From an uncultured Gammaproteobacteria bacterium (GTDB lineage: Bacteria > Pseudomonadota > Gammaproteobacteria > UBA9214), in contig CAVVHS010000005.1 in NCBI GenBank assembly GCA_963748215.1, forward strand, positions 160,001 to 224,000: DNA of 64,000 bases, written 5' to 3'. Below are positions 19,869 to 28,752 of the stretch, one piece after another (the first letter of the stretch is position 1; each line of letters opens with the position of its first letter). Made by a program: the position numbers and the translations under genes. The notes under the pieces are model-generated. The model saw only the letters and a program-made list of their open reading frames with translations. It did no database searches and had not been told where the DNA came from.

Positions 19869-21027
19869 CTCTAGGCCTGTCTCCCACCGGTATGCTGGCT
19901 ATAGCGGTCTCCGTCTCGCTGTCGACTACAACCAGCTCGTCGGTCCTTTCACAGTTCACGAAGAAATACCGGCCGTCGTTGCTGAAATCGCCGGTGTGCG
20001 CCCCGCAATTCCGGGGAAGCTCAATGCTGTTGACGATCTGGAGATAGGTGCCCGAGTCCTCCATCACGTCGAGCACATCGAGCCGACTGGCGTCAGCCGA
20101 GCCGGACGGCGCATCCACCACGCCGTTCATGATCAGGTAAGCGTAGTGACCATTCGGCGTGAACTCGCTGGTCTGGGCACCGACGCCCAGCCCATCGTCC
20201 TGCGTGAGCTTCTTCAGATGCTGAGGCGCGTCGGGAAGATTGCTCACATCCCAGATGTCATAGGTATTGTCGAGTTCGAGATTTTCGACCAGTACAATCT
20301 TGCCGTTGGTCGTTGCCATGAAGGGCAACACCTTATCTTTGTTGCCGTCGGCCAGTGGAGGCAGCACCTGATGGATAATCTGCTTCGTCTCCGTGTCGAC
20401 GATTGTCAGGGACTCGCCACCAAGGTCCGGTTCCATGAAGTAGCGCCCGTTCGGGGTAATCGTTGCATCACAGGGACGCGCCGCACCGTTTGATCCTGAC
20501 GGACCCGAGCTGGGATCGAAGTCGGGAACCGGTATGCGGTGGGCTATGGTACCGAAGTCGGGGTGGGCCGGGTCGGTGATGATCTCCTGAATCTCGTCAA
20601 TCTCGCGGGCCGAGTTCCATGCCGAGCGGCCGTCCGGAGATATGCCGATGAAATTGGAACGCGAGCCCGTTTTGACAGGGGCACCCGGTAGATCGTAGGT
20701 GTCAACGGTGACGATATTGTTGGCGTTTTTCAGCGGGCTCAGCGAGGCCCTGGCCTTGACGCCGATCACTTCACCGCCCAGGCCTGACCACCACCAGGCC
20801 GGATGACCGTCGTACTGATTGGCCGGCCAGCTGGTACCGAATCCGGCGTCCATGCGTTCCTTCTCCTTACACTTGATGGGATTCTTGCCGTTGGACGTCA
20901 CACAGCGGATCAGCGACAGGGTTTGATCGCCTATATTGGAAACAAAGACATTCGAAACACCGGCAAGGCAAGCTGGCGACAGCGCCAGCGCTGCGCTGCC
21001 GGCAAGAAGCGCGAACATTCTTTTCAT
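19852..21027 (-). CDS. Secreted YncE/YVTN-type beta-propeller protein
   Basis: Signal peptide from MKRMFALL; repeated SPDG/TPNG/SNDG blades; ends IPVGDRPRGVIVR. Confidence 0.8.
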   Translation of the reverse strand: MKRMFALLAGSAALALSPACLAGVSNVFVSNIGDQTLSLIRCVTSNGKNPIKCKEKERMDAGFGTSWPANQYDGHPAWWWSGLGGEVIGVKARASLSPLKNANNIVTVDTYDLPGAPVKTGSRSNFIGISPDGRSAWNSAREIDEIQEIITDPAHPDFGTIAHRIPVPDFDPSSGPSGSNGAARPCDATITPNGRYFMEPDLGGESLTIVDTETKQIIHQVLPPLADGNKDKVLPFMATTNGKIVLVENLELDNTYDIWDVSNLPDAPQHLKKLTQDDGLGVGAQTSEFTPNGHYAYLIMNGVVDAPSGSADASRLDVLDVMEDSGTYLQIVNSIELPRNCGAHTGDFSNDGRYFFVNCERTDELVVVDSETETAIASIPVGDRPRGVIVR

Positions 21028-21374
21028 TACTGGATCCTCCTGCCCCGCGTTGATCGGGCCTGTTGTACGCCAAGGCTGATGTAAATATAGCAAGGTATCG
21101 ATGCAGCGCCATGAATAATGCCGGCGGCCAGGAAAAATCAGATCATTCAACTATTCCGATATGCTTATTAATCTTCGCCACTTGCAATCACACCCGGGTA
21201 CGCTGACCGCAACGGTGGGAGCTGGATTACGAGTGCGTCTCATTTCTGGCGTTGGTGTATCATCTGATTCACAACCGGGAACCACGGCCGTCATACAACG
21301 CCGCGCCAGGCGGCCGTGCTGGACAGAAGCGCGTGTCCATACCCGACAATCATGCACCAGTGAAGGAGTGTGCC

Positions 21375-22109
21375 GTGACAACCGAAGACTACAAAGCGCT
21401 TGCCTCCGAACTCAGCTATATCCTCAGCCTGCAGACCGCACCGCTCGCGATCACCTTCTCGCAGGATGCACCTGATGGCATTCACGCCTATGACGCCGCC
21501 ATGCCGGCTCCCACCGCCGATGGTCGTACGGGGCGCGTACCGGCAGGCTGCGTATTCTGGATCAAGGCCCAGGACCGTACCTTTACCACGACTGCCGAGG
21601 ACCACGGTAATTGCAGTGTAGGCTGCGTCACCCATGGCCTGAAGTCGCTGGAAGCGGTCGCCAACAATTCCGACGTCGCGTGTCTCGTCGATGCCGGCTG
21701 GGTGACACCGGAGATGTTCCCGCAGATCCCGGTGGTCAAGGGTTCGCCCAGACATGTGACCTATGGCCCCCTCTACGAGACAAGTCTGGAGCCCGATGTC
21801 GTCTTCCTGCGCCTGAATGCCAAGCAGGCGATGGTTCTCTCTGATGCTGTTCCGGAGATTGCCTTCCAGGGAAAACCCCAGTGCCACATCATCGCCATCG
21901 CCAAGGAGCAGAATCAGGTGGCAATCAGCGTCGGCTGCATGCTGAGTCGCGTGCGCACCGGCATGGCCATCACCGAGATGACGTGCGCGATACCCGCGCA
22001 GCGCCTGCATGAGGTGGTGGAGAAGCTGCGCAACGCCTGCACCGCAGACAAGGCCGTAGCTTCCTATGCAAGCGATGACTCAAAGCGTTTCGGGCAGTAT
22101 CTGTCCTGA
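21375..22109 (+). CDS. DUF169 family protein
   Basis: AGCVFW, DHGNCSVG, VTYGPL..EPDVV, GKPQC, SVGCMLSR; GTG start at 21375 after AAGGAG. Confidence 0.75.
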   Translation: MTTEDYKALASELSYILSLQTAPLAITFSQDAPDGIHAYDAAMPAPTADGRTGRVPAGCVFWIKAQDRTFTTTAEDHGNCSVGCVTHGLKSLEAVANNSDVACLVDAGWVTPEMFPQIPVVKGSPRHVTYGPLYETSLEPDVVFLRLNAKQAMVLSDAVPEIAFQGKPQCHIIAIAKEQNQVAISVGCMLSRVRTGMAITEMTCAIPAQRLHEVVEKLRNACTADKAVASYASDDSKRFGQYLS

Positions 22110-22215
22110 ACCTGTATCCCGGGAAGTGAACATCGCCCGAATCCGCATCTGGCGCTGGTATTAATTTCCAGTTCAGGAGCGTCGCCGGGGTAGCGTCACG
22201 GGGAAACGGGCTGTA

Positions 22216-22659
22216 TCACTCGCGGCGCCGGGGAAAGTCCAGCAGACAGCATCTGCCAGACGGATTACGCGTCTCGCAATCACATTCAGATCGCCTGGTA
22301 TGTTCGATGACAAACTCCCGGCATGAATCCCCTTTGCCAGAGCCACGATCAGAAATGATGTCTCGAAGGCTCATATCAAAGCAGTAGCAAATGGTGCGAT
22401 TGTCTTCCCTTGATTTCTGCCCCACCGACTGCCTGAGCTCGGAGCGCCCCAGGGTGGATTCATGACTGAAATATACGACATCACAGTCAGGGTCCGGGCA
22501 AAAGTAATATTCATGTGCTGTCAAGCGCCTCGCCCAGGGCTTCCTGAGCTGGTGCAACACGGTATGCCGCGAGACGCGCGCGCAGGGTTTTCCATTCAGC
22601 GGACAGTCTGCAGTCTTCGAATCACCATTCCCGTTGCATGCATTGCCATCGTGCCCCAT
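22216..22659 (-). CDS. CopZ N-terminal-like Zn/[2Fe-2S] metal chaperone domain protein
   Basis: CP..G, YYFCPDPDCDVVYF, ICYCF, CDCETRNPSGRCC. Confidence 0.85.
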   Translation of the reverse strand: MGHDGNACNGNGDSKTADCPLNGKPCARVSRHTVLHQLRKPWARRLTAHEYYFCPDPDCDVVYFSHESTLGRSELRQSVGQKSREDNRTICYCFDMSLRDIISDRGSGKGDSCREFVIEHTRRSECDCETRNPSGRCCLLDFPRRRE

Positions 22660-22685
22660 AGCGCTTTCTCTCCTGCCACATGAAG

Positions 22686-22716
22686 ACTATAAAGACTATA
22701 GTTTACTGAGGAACAA
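22686..22716 (-). promoter_or_regulatory. MerR-family-type promoter/operator
   Basis: Minus strand TTGTTC-19 bp-TATAGT with imperfect dyad CTCAGTAAACTATAG in the spacer, just upstream of the CopZ-like gene. Confidence 0.6.
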
Positions 22717-22853
22717 CTCGACAGGATAACTGCCGAACAGTCTCCGTTGACTCAATTCCCGCTGCAGTAGCAAGTGTACTGCCGCACCGGCAAAATTGGC
22801 CGTTGAAACAATTCGGATTCCGGGAAGTGGTGGCCGACTTGCCGCTACTCGCA

Positions 22854-23160
22854 TCAACCCGGCCAGCAGGAGCTTTCGATTGCCTCGCCGAGGTCGGCCT
22901 CGATCAGGCGGCGGCACACTTCCAGCAACTGCTCGATCAACCGCGGCTCGAAACGCGCGTAGGCCTCGGCATCGGGCACACGCCTGACCACCACACCGAG
23001 CAGTTCGGTGATGGCATTGCCGATCGAGTTCTGGCTGATGGTGACGATCAGTTTGTCCTCGTCGTTGCGGTAGATGAGCTGCTTGAAGGCCGGCTGCCAG
23101 CGAATGGCATTGGCGTAGGCGGCATCGACAATGCAGTGATCGCGGACCTTCTTCGCCGTT
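22854..23160 (-). pseudogene. Direct repeat B, copy 1: orphan 3' end (~100 codons) of the 24464-25627 gene
   Basis: Matches 24464-24770 (offset 1610), with alternative C-terminus IESSCWPG versus IETAYWPG. Confidence 0.92.
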
Positions 23161-23162
23161 TT

Positions 23163-23357
23163 GCGGGCACGGAAACCCGCACCGTCATCGGCACCGTGGT
23201 CCTGTTCGACATCCTGTCGGCGACCTTCTTCACCATCATTGTCGTGCCGGTAGCCTATGACCTGCTGGCCCGGCACACCGGCTCGCCAAAGTGCGTACGG
23301 CGCCAGCTGGAAAGCGAACTGGCGGCATACGGATTAAGGCCGGTGATTCGCGCCTGA
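23163..23357 (+). pseudogene. Direct repeat A, copy 2: orphan 3' end of RND permease with alternative tail
   Basis: AGTETRTVIGTVVLFDILS...PKCVRRQLESELAA; G>D and R>C changes relative to the intact gene. Confidence 0.92.
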
Positions 23358-23449
23358 ATGCTCCTGTTACGCGTGACATGGGACTTCCCCTGATTGAGTG
23401 GGTAACACATCAATTCAGACGAGACGCATTACTTCTGATGGCAAGGTTG

Positions 23450-23660
23450 TTGACCGAATGAATGCGGCCCTGCTCAATCAGACCGTAGGGTCGAATTCAT
23501 TCGACCAGCGGTGTTTCATCCGAGCAGACGTCCTGCAGTGATATCCGTAGATAAAGGATGACAACCGGGTAACCGTGGTGATGCAATAGGCTGGTGGCCG
23601 AATGAATTCGGCCCTACAACGGTAATCTACCCACTGGCCGAATGAATTCGGCCCTGACAA
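23450..23660. repeat. GTAG-type REP cluster
   Basis: GTAGGGTCGAATTCATTCGAC plus three (one degenerate) inverted GGCCGAATGAATTCGGCCCT copies. Confidence 0.75.
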
Positions 23661-23789
23661 TCGAGAGTTCGAACCCCACGGTAACCTACCCACTCGATTC
23701 GGGGAAGAGCCATAAGGATGTAACCCGGGCCAGGACCTGGCCACCGGAATCGAGGTTGCCGGCGCGCCCATCGCCGGCCGATCTGCGCG

Positions 23790-24404
23790 TCACATGTCGA
23801 GCGGCTGCTTGATGCTGACGGCACCACGCAGGTCGCCGGGCTTGTAGCCCACTGCCCGGTCATGCGGGTACAGGGTCTGCAGCTCGGCCTGCACCGGCTC
23901 CGCTATCTGCCCGGCGCTGCCGTGACAGACGACACACTGTGGTGCCAGACCGATCGCTTTCATGTAACGCAGCGACTTTCCGGCTGGCTCCTCAACGACC
24001 TCGTAATGAGACATATCGTCATACTTCTCGCCCTGTGCGGCGCGGCGCTCGAAATCCTGCAGCACGCCCTGCTCCCAGACATCGGGTGATCCCAGCATCG
24101 GGTTGCGTACGCGCGTACCCACCCGCGTGACCTTCCAGCCCTTTTCCAGGGAAATGTCATTGGTAATGTCCGGCGCCACGTCGCGGCACACCTTCATCGC
24201 CGCAACCGGTCCGCCCGCCTGCATTTCGCGCTGCATGGCCCCGCCGAGCTGCTTGAGAAACGCACTGCTTGCCGCCTGTGCCGCGCTGACGCGCGCCTCG
24301 ATGTCGGCGTCGCCGCTGGCAGCGGCAGTGGAAACCGTCACAACGCCTGCAGCGGCCAGCGCCGCTACGATGACAGTCCGGCGAATATAGGTGGTTATCT
24401 TCAT
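23790..24404 (-). CDS. DUF3365 / Tll0287-like c-type cytochrome
   Basis: Signal peptide, VRNP..PD.WE, CVVCH, YPHDRAVGYKPGDLRGAVS. Confidence 0.9.
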   Translation of the reverse strand: MKITTYIRRTVIVAALAAAGVVTVSTAAASGDADIEARVSAAQAASSAFLKQLGGAMQREMQAGGPVAAMKVCRDVAPDITNDISLEKGWKVTRVGTRVRNPMLGSPDVWEQGVLQDFERRAAQGEKYDDMSHYEVVEEPAGKSLRYMKAIGLAPQCVVCHGSAGQIAEPVQAELQTLYPHDRAVGYKPGDLRGAVSIKQPLDM

Positions 24405-24463
24405 GTCTGTTCTCCTGTTCCGTATAAAGGGTCTGGTCTGATTGAGGCAACCGCGCCCGCGCC

Positions 24464-25627
24464 TCAGCCTGGCCAGTATGCTGTTTCGATTGCCTCGCCG
24501 AGGTCGGCCTCGATCAGGCGGCGGCGCACTTCCAGCAACTGCTCGATCAGCCGCGGCTCGAAACGCGCGTAGGCTTCGGCATCGGGGACACGCCTGACCA
24601 CCACACCGAGCAGTTCGGTGATGGCATTGCCGATCGAGTTCTGGCTGATGGTGACGATCAGTTTGTCCTCGTCGTTGCGGTAGATGAGCTGCTTGAAGGC
24701 CGGCTGCCAGCGGATGGCATTGGCGTAGGCGGCATCGACAATGCAGTGATCGCGGACCTTCTTCGCCGTCTTCAGGAAATCATTGTTGAACAGCAGCACG
24801 TTCTCGACGTGCTCGGGGAAGTACAGATCATCCAGCATCGGCGCGTTGCGTGTCGATACCTGGCTGAAGAAGGTCCGGTAGAAATCGATGAATCCCTTGA
24901 GGATCTCGTCGTACTCGTCCCAGAAACCGACCTCCTCCAGCGTCGCCACGCCGCCCTGGATTTCCCAGCTCGGCAGGCCCTGCGGGTAGCCGGTCAACTC
25001 GATGCGCGAGCCCGCATCGCCCACCGGCCAGAGCAGCTCCAGATCCAGCGCGCGATCGAAGAACTCGCGGTAGACATCGTGCATATAGGCCTCGAACAGG
25101 CTGTGCTGGCCGCCGTCCGTCAGGTTCGGATTGCTCGGATCGGCCGGCTGCGCGTTGCGCAGCTCGTCCTTGCTGAACACCATGAAATGGTTGTGCAGCA
25201 TGCGGATACTGGGCACGCCGGGCGAGGTCAGCGGCCAGGTCGCATCGAGGCTGGCCTCGCCCGCCAGCAGCAGGTGGGTCTCCGGGTCCGGATAGTGCTC
25301 CACCATGTAATCGATAATGATCTGGTTCATGCGGTTCCAGACGCGTTTCACGTCGTCCGGCACCTGGGTGCGTCGCACCGGCCGGCCCAGCGGGTTGAGA
25401 ATGCATTTGGAACTGTTGAAGATAATCGAGGTGTCGAAATCGCGGCTGTGACCCAGCGCCTTGCGGTACAGCAACAGGTTTTCGGGATTGGTCAACAGCC
25501 CGTTGTTGTGCATCAGGTCATTCAGGTTTTCGGTACTGTTGAAAAATTCGTTGGGCGCCATGGCCTCCGGCACGTCCAGCGGGATGGGCCGGAACGGGGT
25601 AACGATTTCTCTCGGGCCGGACTTCAT
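24464..25627 (-). CDS. Hypothetical protein with HIT/GalT-like HxH motif
   Basis: 387 aa, host-like codon usage, RBS AGGAG; PSIRMLHNHFMVF. Confidence 0.7.
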   Translation of the reverse strand: MKSGPREIVTPFRPIPLDVPEAMAPNEFFNSTENLNDLMHNNGLLTNPENLLLYRKALGHSRDFDTSIIFNSSKCILNPLGRPVRRTQVPDDVKRVWNRMNQIIIDYMVEHYPDPETHLLLAGEASLDATWPLTSPGVPSIRMLHNHFMVFSKDELRNAQPADPSNPNLTDGGQHSLFEAYMHDVYREFFDRALDLELLWPVGDAGSRIELTGYPQGLPSWEIQGGVATLEEVGFWDEYDEILKGFIDFYRTFFSQVSTRNAPMLDDLYFPEHVENVLLFNNDFLKTAKKVRDHCIVDAAYANAIRWQPAFKQLIYRNDEDKLIVTISQNSIGNAITELLGVVVRRVPDAEAYARFEPRLIEQLLEVRRRLIEADLGEAIETAYWPG

Positions 25628-25657
25628 GTCGTTGCTCCTTGTTGCCAGCGGGTACGG

Positions 25658-26746
25658 TTATTTGCCTGACCCGGCGATCCAGTCGAGACCGAGCGGATTA
25701 TGCGGGTCTACACCGTCCATGAACGGCAGGTTCCGTTGTTCGTGTGTCAACTGGTAGACCAGGCCGATCCAGTTGCCAAGGATACCCTCGGCGGTATCGT
25801 GCCAGGTGTTGTCAAGGCGACCGGCAACCAGTTGCTCGGGGAATTCCGGCACCGGGTCGCCCGCCGCCTGCGCCGCGACCAGGCGCCGCCGGTATTCCTC
25901 GAGGATGGCACGCTCGCACGACTTGAGCTGGTTGTCGGGAAACGGCGGGTAATCATCACGCTTACCGTCGGCAAAACGCCGCACTTCGCGCTTGTACTCC
26001 TTGAGCAGGGACACGGTGTCATACTCCGGATGCCCCTGGAAATAGACGACGCGGAACCCGTCCGGACTGACGGCAAGGTGCACCCCGGCGTCCGCGCTCT
26101 CCACCAGCACATGCAGACCCGCCTCCCGGAACTGCCCGGCAGTGATGTTATTGAAGCGCGAATGCGGCACGTCGAACTTCGTGTTGACATCGTTCACCAG
26201 CGGGTGATCCGCCTGGATCACCCGGTGCGGAAACACACCCCAGCGCTTGGCAGGCAGCGGGCTGCGTTTCTGGCCGTGCTGGAACTGCATCGCCGCGTGC
26301 GTGGCAAGGCAGGAGCACAGCACCGAGGTCACGTTCTGCTGTGCCCAGTCGAACACCTCGCGCAGCGGCTCCCAGAAAGGTTCCTGGGACAGGTCGGGGT
26401 GCGAGACATTGGCGCCGGTGATAATCAGCGCATCCAGACCCTCGGCGCGAATCTGCTCGAAGCTGTCGTAGTAGCGCTCGATGTGCAACTGCGCCTGTTC
26501 CCCGCGCGGGAGTTCCCGCAGCGTGAACGGGTGCATGTAGAACTGGGCGATCGGATTGCTCTCCCCCACCAGGCGGAAGAACTGGCGCTCGGTCGCGGCC
26601 AGCGCCGCATCCGGCATCATGTTCAGCACGCCGATGTGCAGCTCGCGGATGGTCTGGTGCAGGGCCCTGCCCGGCTCGAGGATGGTCTGGCCTTCCTGGC
26701 GCAGGCGCTGGAAGGTCGGCAGGTCATTGTGGGCGACTATCGGCAT
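25658..26746 (-). CDS. metA: Homoserine O-succinyl/acetyltransferase MetA
   Basis: LNMMPD, ATERQF, IITGAN, SCLA, PHSR, FQGHPEYD. Confidence 0.93.
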   Translation of the reverse strand: MPIVAHNDLPTFQRLRQEGQTILEPGRALHQTIRELHIGVLNMMPDAALAATERQFFRLVGESNPIAQFYMHPFTLRELPRGEQAQLHIERYYDSFEQIRAEGLDALIITGANVSHPDLSQEPFWEPLREVFDWAQQNVTSVLCSCLATHAAMQFQHGQKRSPLPAKRWGVFPHRVIQADHPLVNDVNTKFDVPHSRFNNITAGQFREAGLHVLVESADAGVHLAVSPDGFRVVYFQGHPEYDTVSLLKEYKREVRRFADGKRDDYPPFPDNQLKSCERAILEEYRRRLVAAQAAGDPVPEFPEQLVAGRLDNTWHDTAEGILGNWIGLVYQLTHEQRNLPFMDGVDPHNPLGLDWIAGSGK

Positions 26747-26751
26747 GCGTG

Positions 26752-27615
26752 CTAGCCCCGCGGACTGTCCGCCTTGCGGGCAATCGCGTTTTCAACCAGG
26801 TCGAGAAAGTCCTGCTCGTCGCGCACACCCGCGACTTCATGCGAGGTCACGGTATAGCCATGCGGGCGCGCGATGGCCTCGTAGCGTGGCACGCGCGAAT
26901 GGAACAGGCGCGGAAACACCCAGCTGCAGAAATCATCCGGGTCCACCTGTGCCGCGTACTCCAGTCCGCGCAGGACGAGATATTCCCGCAGCTGCTCCGC
27001 CAGAAACTCCGACCGGTAATACAGTGGCTTGGGACTGCTCTGGGCGCGACTGATCAGGGCCTCCTCCTCCGCCTTCTCGGTCACCCGGATGTACAGGATC
27101 AGCGTATGCTTCACCAGCAGGTCGATCACGGACGGTTCGTTGAGCTCGCACAGGCTGCCGCCCACGTCGTTGACGTAGTTGTCGTAACCGTAAATCTCGT
27201 GTGCCTTGCGGATAAACTCGGGCACGTCCTGCATGGCCGCGATCTCCGCCTCGCGGTACAAGGCCTGGCGCCGCGAGAACTCATCCAGCGGGACGCCGCC
27301 CAGCTCCGGGTTGCCGAGCTTGCCGACAAAACTCAGCACCGGCCCCAGGTCATCCACCTTGATGTTGTTGCGGATGTGGATCCAGTCACGGCGCAGCAGG
27401 TCGCGCAGGAATGGTGTCTGCATCGCCTGCTGCTTGATCAGGTCCATGATCGGTTCATCCAGGTAGCGGGTGCCGATGCGGTAGTCGCCCGAGTAGTGGA
27501 ACCAGTGGTGGTTGCGCAGCAGCATCGACAGGTGGGTCTTGCCCACCCCGGACATGCCCAGCAGGGTAACGCTCTTGTTTTTCCAGGCTCGGAACTCGTC
27601 AATAGTGAACTGCAT
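26752..27615 (-). CDS. P-loop ATPase/kinase of unknown function
   Basis: Walker A GMSGVGKT, HYSGDYRIGTRYL, DVGGSLCE; 5 bp from metA. Confidence 0.8.
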   Translation of the reverse strand: MQFTIDEFRAWKNKSVTLLGMSGVGKTHLSMLLRNHHWFHYSGDYRIGTRYLDEPIMDLIKQQAMQTPFLRDLLRRDWIHIRNNIKVDDLGPVLSFVGKLGNPELGGVPLDEFSRRQALYREAEIAAMQDVPEFIRKAHEIYGYDNYVNDVGGSLCELNEPSVIDLLVKHTLILYIRVTEKAEEEALISRAQSSPKPLYYRSEFLAEQLREYLVLRGLEYAAQVDPDDFCSWVFPRLFHSRVPRYEAIARPHGYTVTSHEVAGVRDEQDFLDLVENAIARKADSPRG

Positions 27616-27739
27616 GCATCAGACCCCGGGATAGAAACAGTGGGGAAGTTTAACCGAAACGCGGTACGGCGTCAGAGACCGGTGGCATGCCCTGATGCCG
27701 CCATTCCGGGGAGCAATCCGGGGGGAAGACCCGGACCGC

Positions 27740-28012
27740 GCGGCCCTCGCCCCTGCGGGGCTCGAGCCGGACCCGCTTGTTTATGATCAAGGCTGATCGA
27801 GGTGTCGAATTCCGATCTCGACGCATCAGTAACAAAGGAGGCTAAAAGCCGCTTATTGATGACAGCATCGATGGATATTCCCGAGGGATTGACTCGGGCC
27901 CTGTCGCTCACGGCCTGGCCCAGACCAGCTTCTCGACCCGGGCCATGCCCGTAAAAATGGTCTCACCTCCTCCCCGTACATCGTCCACAGCCCTCGCCCT
28001 GCGGGCGCCGGC
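27740..28012 (-). repeat. Degenerate tRNA-Ser(GGA)-associated repeat units, distal copy
   Basis: 27785-27900 resembles 31237-31347; 27916-28012 resembles 31087-31183. Confidence 0.75.
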
Positions 28013-28399
28013 TTTGCCGGCACCCAGCCCGGCTATCAATAATTTCCCTGCTTCTGGGAAGTCCGCAGAACACAGCCGTCCTTTTACTTGTATTTTTTGA
28101 GGAAAACCCCACAACTCACTGTAAGTTAATATTAATACCCCTATAAATCACCATGCCTCGAATCCGCAACAGGGAATACAGTACCGGTTGAACCGGTGCT
28201 TGTGGTCAAGCACTGACGACGGAGTGTAAACCGTGGGATCCGTGTGATTGGCCTGTTCCAGCGCCCGGACACACCCGTCATCGATCGCCTGACCGCCCGC
28301 GATACGCTGTCGGGGTAACTGGCCACCCGCTTGACACCCGCATACGGGCCCGAGGTTGCTGCGCCTCGTGCCAGTCCCCGGCCTGATCCTTCAGCCGTC

Positions 28400-28665
28400 G
28401 GTACGCAACGTCCCGGTCAGATCAAGGATCAAACCAGACTGATTGCCGAGGGATGGAAAAAGGTATCGAGCAATACAGGAAGCAACAATATGCCAGGGCC
28501 AGGGAATCAGATAAAAGACCCGGAAAGGTCGATCAGCAACCCACCTCACCCGGGGCGAACGAGATCAAGGTTCGGGAAATGTTCGTTTACAGGCAGCGCT
28601 GGCCACCCTGGTTGCTGCTCGTTCCCGGCCGGCTGGCCATGGCTGCGTGCTGGTATCTCTGTTAA
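28400..28665 (+). pseudogene. DUF2956-like gene, frameshifted and 5'-truncated
   Basis: TQRPGQIKDQTRLIAEG then frameshift to EKGIEQYRKQQYARARESDK...PWLLL; recalled family pattern QRPGQTKEQTKLIAQGIEKGI. Confidence 0.6.
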
Positions 28666-28752
28666 AACGGTATACGGCGATTCTGGCTTCATACTGACGC
28701 CAGACTGACAATTCGCCAGCACCATGTACGGCTGGTCAGAACGCTACCCGGG

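Noticed and set aside
17751-22659. Selenoprotein (Sao-type) read-through in the metal cluster
   Set aside because: No in-frame TGA at a conserved Cys position was found by eye, and no other sao genes were recognised.
22803-23357. 184-aa and 140-aa chimeric ORFs across the B/A' junction
   Set aside because: Each is half antisense of a duplicated gene end; best explained as junction by-products.
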